The notes: a model not told the origin generated them from the letters alone. A stretch of 64,000 nucleotides of DNA from a virus (IMGVR_UViG_3300020049_007105:35900-99899), one strand, 5' to 3'. Counted from the first letter of the stretch, positions 47,026-57,843 are shown. Numbers and translations: made by a program.

Positions 47026-47100
47026 CACCCTCGACAGAACTCGAATCTGTAACTTACCGCCCAAGAGGCGGTAAGTTCTATCCAATTGAGCTACGAGGGT
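47026..47100 (-). tRNA. Non-canonical tRNA, anticodon CUU (Lys), 6-bp anticodon stem
   Basis: ACCCTCG/CGAGGGT acceptor; GCTC-AATTGGATA-GAAC D arm; TACCGC-CTCTTGG-GCGGTA; ACAGA-TTCGAGT-TCTGT; no encoded CCA. Confidence 0.7.
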
Positions 47101-47116
47101 TGGCCTTTCAGGTCAG

Positions 47117-47683
47117 TTAGCCGTTCTTCTCAGCATCCTCAACAGAGGAGATGAATGGCTTCGGCTGCTTCTCCAGCTCCAAAGGCTGGTTAGAAACCAC
47201 CGCTGTCAATACCATTCCGTCAGTGTACTCAACAATCTGACCAGTCACAGCGTCAACACCATAGTAACGGCTAGGGTCACAATTACCGTAGTAGGCGCCA
47301 TCCGAACCAGCAATAGGGACCATCAGGGGGCCATTCTTGTCGATGATCTTGTAAGGAGGTGCCCCTGAGGTGCAATAACTGACAGGCGGGCCACGGAACA
47401 CGTAGTAACCAGCAAACTCACCGTCCTGGCGCTGCATATAAACATATGACAGCACTCCCTCAGTCCCCCAGATTCGAGTCCAAGTGTTAATGTTCTCCAA
47501 CGTGGTTGGATACTTGGCCGTCTCCACAGAAACCTTCTTACGCAAAAGGTCAGTAGAGTCCTCACGGGACTTCTGTGCATCCTTTGTTGACTGACTCTCA
47601 TCATCACACCCAGCGGATGCAAAAAGGATTACTACGGCAAATGCCGCAAGGATGAACGCACGAAACTTCTTGGACTTCAACAT
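47117..47683 (-). CDS. Lipoprotein
   Basis: Signal peptide with ASAGC lipobox; paired with the upstream membrane protein. Confidence 0.75.
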   Translation of the reverse strand: MLKSKKFRAFILAAFAVVILFASAGCDDESQSTKDAQKSREDSTDLLRKKVSVETAKYPTTLENINTWTRIWGTEGVLSYVYMQRQDGEFAGYYVFRGPPVSYCTSGAPPYKIIDKNGPLMVPIAGSDGAYYGNCDPSRYYGVDAVTGQIVEYTDGMVLTAVVSNQPLELEKQPKPFISSVEDAEKNG

Positions 47684-48123
47684 GATGGGGTCTCCTGGGT
47701 AAGCTGGTAGGGAAGGTCATTTGCTTTGTACTGACCAAGGGTCTCGGCCTTCTGCACGTCAGCGTTGTACTGCTCGACAGCAGCAATGCGCTGGTTGGTC
47801 AGAGCCAGAATATTGGTCTCTCGCTGACTGGCAGGGAGAGAGTTCGTGCTCTGCATAGTACAGATTTGCTTATTCAGCGCTTCGACGCTGGCATTGAGGT
47901 CATAGAAGTGTTCGTAGGAAGCGATTCGATACTTACCGTCGCTAACAGTCCTCTCCTTAACCTCAGTGCCACCTCGAAAGTCAGCGGTCCCTCGACTGAT
48001 CCCGCCAGTGACGAAGATCAGTGCGACGACGAGCACCACGGCAGCTAGGCAGCCGAGTGCAATCTTCCAGGTTAGGCTCAATGCAAGCCTACCTGAACTC
48101 TTGTGTGGATTATTTTGGTTCAT
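47677..48123 (-). CDS. Single-TM membrane protein
   Basis: N-terminal TM followed by a helical domain. Confidence 0.65.
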   Translation of the reverse strand: MNQNNPHKSSGRLALSLTWKIALGCLAAVVLVVALIFVTGGISRGTADFRGGTEVKERTVSDGKYRIASYEHFYDLNASVEALNKQICTMQSTNSLPASQRETNILALTNQRIAAVEQYNADVQKAETLGQYKANDLPYQLTQETPSC

Positions 48124-48159
48124 GTGTTTCTTTCTTGTTGGGATTAGATTTTCTTTTAC

Positions 48160-48495
48160 TTAGAGACCTAGAACGTCGTCTAGCCCACTAGTGAAACTCT
48201 GCTTAATAGCAGCGATTAAAGGATTGGTTTGATCCCAAGTCGTATTGCTTGCCTCGGCGTAAACCTCGCCCTTGACCTCGACTACAATCTTATCCATGAT
48301 GCGGTTGCCTTCGTTATAGACCTTGAGGTCTTCACCGGAATGAAAGAGATGCCGATCTCCGGGTTCAGCTCGGTCCCAAAGAAGATGACCTGATTCAGTT
48401 GACTCAATAAGTGCAGTCATACGCTTACGGTACAAGGCTTGCTCCTCCTCGTACCTCTGAACACGCCCTTCTTCATTGTCTCCAAAATCGTACAT
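48160..48495 (-). CDS. Hypothetical protein
   Basis: RBS AAAGGA before MYDFG. Confidence 0.55.
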   Translation of the reverse strand: MYDFGDNEEGRVQRYEEEQALYRKRMTALIESTESGHLLWDRAEPGDRHLFHSGEDLKVYNEGNRIMDKIVVEVKGEVYAEASNTTWDQTNPLIAAIKQSFTSGLDDVLGL

Positions 48496-48612
48496 ACTTT
48501 TCCTTTCAGGTTGATCTAGCATAGCTCTTGGAACTTCAAGCACTCTAGTTGTACTGATTGGAGGAGGTGGTAACAGGTGTACTGTGCGCTCTCCTCTCAA
48601 CATATCCTCCTC

Positions 48613-49488
48613 CTACTTCTTGGCCTTACGAACTTCCTTATAAAGCAGGGCTCCTGCCTGAGTCATCCTCCTTCCATCAGCGGAAAATTCCACGTAACCC
48701 TGACGAGACATAGACCCCTCGACAGCATCAATGACCTTCTTATCCATACCGGTAGAGCTACGGATGTTAGCACCGCTAGCACGAGCACCCAAATCAGCCA
48801 GAGCGATCAGGTACTTTACCTCTTCGGTGGACAGGCCGCAAACATACCCAGCAGCCGCTAGGGCCATGTCTACGCTCCCCATTCGGAGAGCTTGGTCAGC
48901 CATCTTTAAGGCACGTCGTGGTGATCCTGCGGACACTGAGGCGATCTGAGCCTTATCGTCGTCCGTGAGACCTTCACGAAGCTCCTCGGTGCAGTCAATG
49001 ATGTCAACAAGGTCACTCTCATCATAACCGTGCATGACTGGCTGGAAAGGAATCCGTGACTTGATGGACTCCAGAATCTTCTCTGGCTCAGTTGTAGCCA
49101 TGATGAAGAAGATGTTGTAGAGCGGCATTGGACCACCCTTAAACATGACGTTGCGAGTCTCAAGCGGCTCCAAAAGGAACTCTTGCTGCTTCAGTGTCAT
49201 GTTGTGAACTTCATCAATAATGACGAAGCCCCGGAAGTCATTCAGAGCAAGGTTAGCAAGGTCACCCTCAGTAATCTTGCTGTTGAACCACTTGACTTCA
49301 TAGTCACCAAACTCTTCGATCCCTGCCATCCACTTCATCATAGTGGTTTTACCTTGTCCAGGCTCGCAGGTAAGAAGTGTGTCCTGTGCTCCTCCTGCAA
49401 GCCAGGCATCAACAATGTGCCGCTGTCCTACTGGGGTGTTCAGGTCAAACGTAATCTCGATAGGTCGTGTGAGTGTGTCAGTTTCCAT
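48613..49488 (-). CDS. RuvB-like AAA+ ATPase
   Basis: LLT..PGQGKTT, IIDEVH.M...QEFL..PLE, ATTE, SR finger, GSPRRA, winged-helix GLS....YL and GRRMT. Confidence 0.8.
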   Translation of the reverse strand: METDTLTRPIEITFDLNTPVGQRHIVDAWLAGGAQDTLLTCEPGQGKTTMMKWMAGIEEFGDYEVKWFNSKITEGDLANLALNDFRGFVIIDEVHNMTLKQQEFLLEPLETRNVMFKGGPMPLYNIFFIMATTEPEKILESIKSRIPFQPVMHGYDESDLVDIIDCTEELREGLTDDDKAQIASVSAGSPRRALKMADQALRMGSVDMALAAAGYVCGLSTEEVKYLIALADLGARASGANIRSSTGMDKKVIDAVEGSMSRQGYVEFSADGRRMTQAGALLYKEVRKAKK

Positions 49489-49533
49489 GCGGTCTCCTTC
49501 TGTAGATTTCTTCTAAAAGCGTTCTCGTGACGG

Positions 49534-49878
49534 TTACTCCAGACCCAGTTCGTCGGCAAATTCAACACAGCACTCCGAGTCACAGTCGGTCATAAAGTCC
49601 AAGGCGTTGTTCTCATAGCCGCATTCTGGGCAGTTAAGGAAGTCAACGAGAAAGGTGTCCCAGTTCTCATCGGTAGTCAGGATGGCGGTGTTGTAGTGGT
49701 CATCCGTAAGAAGAACACAGCCGCTGTTTGAGTTGAATACTACCTGGACTCCTTCATCTATGAGGAATCGAGTAATGTCTCGACGAGTGCCATAAAATTT
49801 GATCAGTTTGGCTGCGTTTTCTCGCTCATACTGGCCAAAGTTTGAGAGATCATATGTGACTGGGTTCTCGTAGTGCAT
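49534..49878 (-). CDS. Acidic protein with CPxCG motif
   Basis: RBS AGGAGG. Confidence 0.6.
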   Translation of the reverse strand: MHYENPVTYDLSNFGQYERENAAKLIKFYGTRRDITRFLIDEGVQVVFNSNSGCVLLTDDHYNTAILTTDENWDTFLVDFLNCPECGYENNALDFMTDCDSECCVEFADELGLE

Positions 49879-49912
49879 ATCTTTCCTCCTGTTTGTTTGC
49901 TTCATTTCTAAG

Positions 49913-49985
49913 CGGGCCTTCCGGGAATCGAACCAGAATCTCCATCCTTAAAAAGGGTGGCGCTCTACCATTGAACTAAAGGCCC
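49913..49985 (-). tRNA. Non-canonical tRNA, anticodon UUU (Lys), 6-bp anticodon stem
   Basis: GGGCCTT/AAGGCCC acceptor; GTTC-AATGGTA-GAGC; CCACCC-TTTTTAA-GGATGG; TCTGG-TTCGATT-CCCGG; no encoded CCA. Confidence 0.75.
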
Positions 49986-49995
49986 TGTCCGCTAT

Positions 49996-52698
49996 TTACC
50001 AGCCCATCAACTTATTGATGGCTCGGATTCCCCGGACTTCCTCTAGGCAGAACTGGGCATCCTTGTTGTCCAAGTAGCTCTCAGGGGTTTCTCCGTCTGT
50101 GCGAAACAGAAGCTCTGCCTCTAGAAGTGCTTGGAGAATCCCTGCGGCCACTCCCACAGGGATTAGACCTGCATCGGAAGTGTTCATGATTCGCTTCTTA
50201 AGGTCGTCCAGGAGCACCAACCCCGAGTCCTTGGCCTTAAAAAGGTTGTCACTAGGGTCATAGGACAGGGTCTCCTTCAGGCGCTTAATCTCTGCATTAC
50301 GGTCATCATTATCGCTCATGTATTGCTCCTTTATTTTCTGTGAATATTTGTTGCACAACTTACTGAAATTTATCTGTCAATCAGTTAAGCTTGCTCCTCT
50401 CGTGTAGTTCCAGCCATCTCGTAAAAGCGGTCAGCATTATCCAGGTGGTCCTTCACGGCCTTCTGATTACCGTAAGGAGACTCACGCCGAGAATCCTCAT
50501 CAGCAACCTGAAAAGCCTTGTCGTCATAGGACTTAGCAACCCGAATGTATTCGGCCTTCTTAGCTTTGTCGCTGTGGCGCTCATTGAGGTCTGCGAGGGT
50601 CACATAACCCACAAGAGTACAACCATCGTGCAAGGAAATCTTGCTTTCATACTCAACCCAAACTGTGTCGCTACCCTTAGTGAAACGGTTGTTGTAGATG
50701 TAGTCTCCATCACCATAAGGATTCGAATTCCAACCCAACTTTTGGAGGGCAACCACTGTGTCAAGCCGACCCAGGTGGTAGTTCAGCTCAGAGGCAGCCA
50801 CCCGCCTGGCCTTACCAGTTTTCGGACTTGCATTCCAAATTTCAATATAGGTTTTACCCGTGTTATTAGAAGGATGGCTGGCAAGGAAGACTGTGGCATT
50901 GTACCCAGCAGGGCCGCTAGCCATGATCAGGTTACCTCCAGGAATAACCACACTCCAACCATTTCGTCGCTCGAAGAGTCCGTTCCAACTACGGTTCTCA
51001 ATGCGTTCAATTAGGCCCAACTGGGGCTGAGTGCCGGGGACTTCAACATAAGGGTCAGGCTTACAAATATTATTGACCTCCTTTTCGGTAAGGTCCAAAA
51101 AGGAGCCAGTCTCCAGGGCGGCTCCACCCCCACACACGGCCTTCTTGAGAATATAGATTCCTCCGATGAGGTGACCAATTTTATCACCGGGACTAACGGA
51201 ACCGTTGGCGAACTGAACTTGACGGTCACCCTTGTTATGGTAGGAGTCACCTCCACCACGGCGGTTAACCCAAGCGTGTCGCTGCACAGTCCCAACTTCA
51301 GTTGAGTTGTCTGCCCAAAGGGGGTTCTTTGTAGCGGTTCGGCACCCAGTAATCAATACAATCTTCTTTGGCATATCCACACTCCCTTTGTTTTGGTTCT
51401 TGTTACTCTTACCAATAGTCCAAGTTCTTAGCATCCCATTGCCCTTTCGGCTAGCTCTGTTGCACGAGACTCGTAAGCGGCTCGCTGAATGTCCTCCCAA
51501 AGCTTATACCCTTCGCTGTCATTCTGAATAGGGATAAGCATCTTGCCAGTACCACTGCATCCACCACACATAGTGTCATAGAAACCATCAGCATAATCCT
51601 CCCGCTCATCCTGGTCCCATTCAGACCATTCATCCGCATGAATAGCAAGGCCACCTAGAGCACGCGCACCTTCACCTTGGCAACCGTCACAGATTTCCCA
51701 TTCGGCGGGAATAGAGATTGTTGCCTCCATGTCATCGCTGTAAAAACTAATCTTCGCCATTAGGCTCTCCCTTTTTTAGATTTTTGTTGAGTTCGTTTAG
51801 CTCGAAGCAAATGCCTTCCAACGCCTCAGCCATTCTCTCCTGGTGCTGGGTTTGCTGCCACATATCTACACTCAGGTCTGCCATAAATTCTCCCTAATTC
51901 TCTTCAATAACCCAGCCCCATACATAAAAGAAACTGAGCACTCCTAATATTACTAGACACCAACCGGTGATTTCACCACCGATCAAGCAAACCAATCGTC
52001 GTTAGCTTCCTGGTACTCGTCAGCCAAATCCTGTGAGCACTCAACCCACGCCCACGGCTCCCCTTCTTCCCAGAAGATTCGCCCGGTCTCTTCGATTGCA
52101 TCAATCAGCCAGGAACCCCACTCTTCGTCTACGCCCATAGCCTCAGTGTCAAACCAAGAGCTGCAATCACCAAAAGCAATCTTGTCTATCTCGGGAAAGT
52201 TTCCCAATACATCTGCATAGTCATCAGGATGGTTGGCCTTAAGAAAGCTCAGAGCATCCACAGCCTGAAAGTCAGGAGAGAAAGCGTTGCTACTGATCGC
52301 TGTTGGGATCATCGGCATTCTAGCGTCCTCATTGTTTTCGTTCATATCTACCTCCGTCATGTCAATCATTGTACTCATAGTACGTCCCTTCCTTCGGCTG
52401 CCATTTCAGCCATCAGTTCGTAGCTTTCACACAGAATATGCACTGGGCCGCTGACCACAAACCCAAGCCAAGTTTCAGGATCATTAATCGAGTAGTAGGC
52501 GAGATGCCCAAAATCTTCTGAGTAAATGCCCTCAACTTCATCAAGATCACTACCTGTCAAGAGCATTTCAACCTCATCAATAAGTGCTTCCATCATAGCA
52601 ATGGTTGCGTTGATTTCTGCCCGTGTTTGATAATTGCCATCCTTGGCCTTGGCATTAAGGTAGCCAATAGTGGCATCACGAGAATCAAGAATTGCCAT
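49996..52698 (-). CDS. Early hypothetical genes (49996-50319, 50385-51374, 51428-51760 with DnaJ-like CxxCxGxG fingers, 51983-52378, 52375-52698), plus two short ORFs near 51748-51986
   Basis: RBS-led ORFs; repeated CxxCxGxG in 51428-51760. Confidence 0.6.
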
Positions 52699-52772
52699 AA
52701 CATTTCCTCCTGGTTTATTTTTGGAAACAACAAGTGCAGCAGCTACCCAATAGGTCGCCGCTTAGGTACGTC

Positions 52773-52800
52773 ATCATACACAAGTTTCAGCGGGTGTCAA
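52773..52800 (-). promoter_or_regulatory. Host primary-sigma promoter
   Basis: TTGACA-N16-TATGAT on the - strand. Confidence 0.65.
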
Positions 52801-52916
52801 CCCACCTACAACACCCGCTGAGAGCCGCTGTACGGCCCCACACGAGCCGCTGAGGGAGTGAGAGCACCTACCGTAGCCGAGCCTAGCTTGCATCGCTTAG
52901 ACGGCCACACAGAGGG

Positions 52917-53531
52917 TCAGCCCCACTGTGTGGCCATAGCCCTAGCAATGCCGGGAAACGTCTTAGAGCGAATTCGGTCCCTCTCAGCATGGCTGGCGTT
53001 ATCCAACCACTCGGTTCCAGACTTACCGTTCTTGTAGTAAATCCTTGGTGGGTGCTCTACAACATTAGTCTTTTGAAGGAGTGGCAGGCCCTTAAGCCAA
53101 AGGCATGTTCTTTTCTGAAAAGGGTCACCAAAGTAATACGGGTGAATGATCTGATCAGGCTTACGCCACATGGTGGAAACAAAACCCACCGGGTTCTCTA
53201 CAGCAATCCTGGGGCAGTCAGCATTAGCGAACGCCATAAAGAACTCAAAGGCTGCGTCACGATCCCGGTGTCGCTGGCGTGCCTTGTCCCCCCACTTTTC
53301 AATATTGAAGTGAGTGTTGCCCGCAACGGAGAGGTAGGTGCAGGGTGGGAAAGCAATAATCATGTCCCATTCGGCACCAGTCCCCATTACTTCGAGTGCA
53401 TCTCCTTGAATGTGCCACTCAGGGTTACTTCCACTAGTCTCCAGCATGTCGCAGCTATAAGCTTCATGGCCAAGCTCCCTGAATTCTTTTGTTACGGCTT
53501 GACTCTCTTCACAAGCTAAAAGGATTTTCAT
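52917..53531 (-). CDS. DNA cytosine methyltransferase-like protein (short phage type)
   Basis: ILLACEES, SCD, catalytic-type FPPCT, VENP, KRTCLW, RSKTFPGIA.AMA.QW. Confidence 0.75.
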   Translation of the reverse strand: MKILLACEESQAVTKEFRELGHEAYSCDMLETSGSNPEWHIQGDALEVMGTGAEWDMIIAFPPCTYLSVAGNTHFNIEKWGDKARQRHRDRDAAFEFFMAFANADCPRIAVENPVGFVSTMWRKPDQIIHPYYFGDPFQKRTCLWLKGLPLLQKTNVVEHPPRIYYKNGKSGTEWLDNASHAERDRIRSKTFPGIARAMATQWG

Positions 53532-53563
53532 TCATCAACTTCTTTCAAAATTAGTGGTCCATT

Positions 53564-54885
53564 TTACGAAGAAAAGTGAGCCATGACCACTCGGTCTGGG
53601 TCACTCTTAACGAAACGGACGAGAACTCCCGTAGTAAAAGAATCACCCAGGTATCCATCCCATCCATCAAAGCCAGGTTTGCCTAGGAACTGGATCGCTA
53701 TGAAGCTGTTTATAATGTAGAACTTCCCCCGATACCTAATGAAATCGGTAGGAAAATCATCATCTAAGACATCCTGCCCATAGGCTGAGCAAACCTGCTC
53801 CTGTTCACTGGCAGTTAACTGATTAAAATCCAACAATAGGCGTGGCTGGTTATTTGTGGTGATCTTAACTGTTGCCATGGTTCCTCCAGTAGGTGGCTTC
53901 ATTGTCAGCGAGGCTGGCTAGCTTGAGAGAAGTTTCTTCAGTAGCCGCAGACTTCCCAAAAGGAACGCTGTGCTCAGTGTCGGCCAGAATTTCCTCTACG
54001 TCCAAAACAAACTGCATAGTGAAGCACTGGTACAGGATGTCGAAGTATAGACAGAAATTCCTGACAGGCTCTTCTGGTTTGTCACACTTCTCTCGCAAAT
54101 CCCTAACAAGAGATTCGAGAGACTTGGTTTCTGCTGTGGTGAGCATATTCCCCTCCAAGGGTTGTGGTGTTTATCCAGGTCGTATAGCCCAGACTCTTTC
54201 TCCGTGGTCAATCTGAATCTTACGTCCATTTGAATCGAACGTGTAGCGCAGATGAGTTTCGCTAACAAATACAGCAGGTGTTTCTAAAAGGCGACCGTAT
54301 CTGTTCCGATACAGTACGACCGGCTGGGAAGGCTTGAGGTCCAACTCACGAAAGTGGTTGTCGAAAGTTTGCATCTCGTCCCCTTTGATTCAGTTACGTG
54401 TTATATCGGTCACATAGGGTCCCCCGGCTGAATGTTCTGTCCCTCCAGCTTGAGGCTAATCTCATTCATCTTCACTTCTGTACCGCCGCAATCCTCACAT
54501 ATTAGGCTTGTTTCTCGACGCCAGAACTTGGAAAGCTCTTCCCACTCCTTTAGTTCCGACCATGAGCCACAGTTGTCGCAGGCAAGGGTTACGGTAAAAG
54601 CCTCCGCAAAGTCCGATTCATTTCTGATTACGATATGTGCCACTATCCCCCCTCTTCCCGAACCCACTTAAGGCCCGTGCGGAATGTATTGCCACTGCGG
54701 GTGTACCCAGTGAATTCGTCACCAGAGTATGATGGAAGGTACTCTTCCAGAACTAGGTCAGAGGCTGCGGCCCCAGAAGCACTCGCTTTCTCAGATGCCT
54801 TGTCCATGTCAGCGAAGACACCCAAAATGGAGTCGCCGTCGTAGGGGAATCTTTCGATTAGAATATAGATCAATGGATTATTCAT
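53564..54885 (-). CDS. Five small early genes (53564-53878, 53865-54146, 54171-54374, 54410-54667, 54643-54885)
   Basis: RBS-led or coupled ORFs. Confidence 0.55.
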
Positions 54886-54910
54886 AAAACTTCCTCCTTG
54901 TAGTTGTTAT

Positions 54911-55537
54911 TTAACCGAACGTACAGGCAGTACCCTTCCAGTACAGCCCATCATCCAAAGTGTCGTGACCAGAAACCCAGTAGGCACAATCTTCATCAAC
55001 AGGAAGTTCATCCTCGGGCTCCAAGTCAAGAGCATTGTCAATAGCTGTACCTAGGCCAGACCCATCGCTGTCGTCTGCCCGTGAGAAGCTGTAAAGAGTG
55101 CACCAGGCAGACTCGCCCGCACTTTCCCAGGAAACATCAATACTACTGAAGTCGGCCATTGCTTCATCATTCTCACAGGTCCGAATTTCAACCTTACTGT
55201 TATAGCCTCCCCGGTCCAAAGCAACCAGGCAACCACCATGGGTGTAGAAGACCATGAAGTAAAGCTCATGGGTCAGAAAGGAATCAGTGGTGTTATACCA
55301 AGCGTAATCCAGGTCGGAGTCGCCGTAGATTCCGTAACTCAGCTCCCAGTCGCATTCCTCCAGAAAGCGAAGGAACCTGTCAAAGTCTTCCTTACCTCCA
55401 CCATCGGGCTCACAGAACTTCTCAAAGAGATTGCTAAAAAGCGTCTCATCAGAAGTCCGGTTGGCAATGAACTGCTCAGTATCTCGCTCAATCGTGGGGT
55501 AGCTGTAGTCAATAACCACATCAGTTTCAGTATTCAT
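54911..55537 (-). CDS. Acidic protein, paralogue family member 1
   Basis: C-terminal ELPVDEDCAYWVSGHDTLDDGLYWKG shared with two other genes. Confidence 0.7.
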   Translation of the reverse strand: MNTETDVVIDYSYPTIERDTEQFIANRTSDETLFSNLFEKFCEPDGGGKEDFDRFLRFLEECDWELSYGIYGDSDLDYAWYNTTDSFLTHELYFMVFYTHGGCLVALDRGGYNSKVEIRTCENDEAMADFSSIDVSWESAGESAWCTLYSFSRADDSDGSGLGTAIDNALDLEPEDELPVDEDCAYWVSGHDTLDDGLYWKGTACTFG

Positions 55538-55557
55538 ATTTCCTCCTGTTAGTTTTC

Positions 55558-56355
55558 TTACGGCGCCATCTGAAAGTCGATCAGATGACCTCGGTAGTAT
55601 GGACCATCATCAAGATAGTCATGATTAAGAACCCAGTAAACATGCTGGTCATCATCAGGAAGCTCAGAGTGTTCATCAAACTCTACCTGATTCTTTTCCC
55701 AAGCCTCTGCGAAAAGCTCAGAGGGAGGGTGGTTCCCGTGTTCCCAGTCACCGCCACAGTTGGTAAGTGCGGCGAAGGGCCAAGGATCACCTGACTCACC
55801 TTTCAAGTCAACCAGTGCCTCAATACGATCATGCTCAAAAGGCCCAAGCGCTTCCTCGGAATTGTTCTCAAAGATTCGAAACCCAGAGTAATTCCTGTTG
55901 CGAGGATCGCCACCTCGGTGCATGGAAAGAGCAATGAAGTGTTGATCAACCTCTTCAATATAAAAGGTGGCAAACAGTGCATCGTGCGTAAGCATGTTCT
56001 CATGGTTGTACGTGTTTTCGAACATTGGTTCAACCGAGCTGTCATAGATGTGATAGCTCACGGTCAAACCCAGGTCAGTGCTTAGGTGCTCGAACCACCC
56101 ATCAATACCTCCACGCCAATCATTCAAGTCATTAGCTTCACAAAACTCGCTGAACTTGTCGTCCCACTCCTCGGAGAGGTCTAGAAAGCTGGCCCAGAAC
56201 TTAAAGGCACTGACGGTCAGCTCTTGAAATTGAGCATCAAACGAAACAGGCTCTTCGTTCAGAAAAACCTGAAGCCTTTCCTCGTAGGTATTGGTGGATT
56301 CGCCTAAAGGTTGTCCCAGCATCCAGGCGATAGCTTCTTGCGTTTTGGTAGCCAT
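55558..56355 (-). CDS. Acidic protein, paralogue family member 2
   Basis: NTYN.E..L..D, IALS.H.G.D.R, ELPDDDQHVYWVLNHDYLDDGPYYRG. Confidence 0.7.
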   Translation of the reverse strand: MATKTQEAIAWMLGQPLGESTNTYEERLQVFLNEEPVSFDAQFQELTVSAFKFWASFLDLSEEWDDKFSEFCEANDLNDWRGGIDGWFEHLSTDLGLTVSYHIYDSSVEPMFENTYNHENMLTHDALFATFYIEEVDQHFIALSMHRGGDPRNRNYSGFRIFENNSEEALGPFEHDRIEALVDLKGESGDPWPFAALTNCGGDWEHGNHPPSELFAEAWEKNQVEFDEHSELPDDDQHVYWVLNHDYLDDGPYYRGHLIDFQMAP

Positions 56356-56468
56356 AATTTCCTCCTATTGTATTGATATGTGCTGGACAAGACCTCCGGG
56401 CCAAACCTAGGAGGGAAAGAAAACCCGGAAGTCTTGCACAGCACACACAAAATGTGTGCTGGCTTGTT

Positions 56469-57805
56469 TTATTTACGGAACCGATCAGTAAAGTCTTCAA
56501 CCGGAAAGACAATGTAGTTGTAGTAAAAATTCTCTGCAATAAATCTCAACCGATTACGTGCATCCCAAGCGATCCAAACTAGATCACCACGACTAGGAAT
56601 CTTCATTCTCTACCTCCACTCTTGCTAGTACTGTTTTGGTGTGGCAGCCTTCACAAACAGGTGCCCCGTAACCCTCAACCTCCCAGAGAGAGGACGAGAT
56701 TAGAGGAAAGTCTGAGCAAAGAACATACCGACACTGGTACCATAGTTCGATTTTGTGCATTTCATCTGGCCGGTAAGCGGTCTTACCGGCACTTGTTGAA
56801 TAAGGCATCTATCCTCCAGCTATGTTAGCGTAGTAGTCCCAAATTTGATGCGCCCACAAAAGGACTGCAAGGATTGCGAACACAATCACAATCCAAGTGG
56901 TTCTTTTGTCTAGGCCGGTCCAGCTCATGACACAAACTCCAAGAAGTCGCAACGCATTAGCAGTCCCGTGATTCGGTCAGCAAGGTTTAGTTCTGTGTCG
57001 GCACGGGACCAACCATAGTCTTTGAGGAAGGCGATTGAGATCATATGCTTGATTCCAAAGGAATCTTCAAGCACCTCATACAAACGAATCACCCATTCGA
57101 ACCCACCCTCAAAAGACTCAAGGTTGATAATGAAATTATCCTTGAGGCGATACTCAGCATAGTGGTCATAGCCAGGGTCCTCCGTTGAAGTACTGAGGTG
57201 GTCGGCAATGCCTTTTAGGTTATGTACTTGCAGTGGGTATTCCATAGTTATCCTTCTAGGTATGAGGGACCAATGTCCTTTTTACAGATAGGGCAGAAAT
57301 GGCCACCTGGTGATGTTACCCTCCACCTACCCTCCAGAAAGAAGGTGTAGGAATCCTCTTGGTGGACATCCTCTTGTTGATGACAGGCATCGCAGACAAA
57401 GCGGATTAGAGGTATTGTAGTCATAGCTACTCCTTACTGATTCTCTGGGAGAACAAGGCTTGCACCAAGTGTCTCAAGGTACCGATCCAAAACACTTTCG
57501 TCACACGGATAGTCGGTCCAAAGAGTGAACCAGTTCTGAACCTGAAGGCGGTTGTTATAAAGCTCACCGTCCATCACATCACTAACAATCCTTACGGCAG
57601 GACCGCCAGTAGTGAGCAGAGTAATAACCTGCTGATGAACTTTGATCTCAAGAGGGTCATTGAGAATAGCCTCTCGGGCTTCCTCTTCGGCATCATAGTC
57701 TCGCTCATCGAAAGCTTTATCGAAAGTGTCAACCATCTCCTCAAGTGCAGAAAAGGCATTCTTGCCAATCTCCATAAGGCTCTCGTGTTCTGTTTTGTTT
57801 GTCAT
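56469..57805 (-). CDS. Small early genes (56469-56606, 56593-56808, 56925-57245, a Cys-rich ORF starting ~57424, 57434-57805)
   Basis: RBS-led ORFs; 57434-57805 contains LLTTGGPAVRI. Confidence 0.55.
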
Positions 57806-57843
57806 GCTTCCTCCTAATAGTTTCTTTGTTCAAAGAAGTTGTG

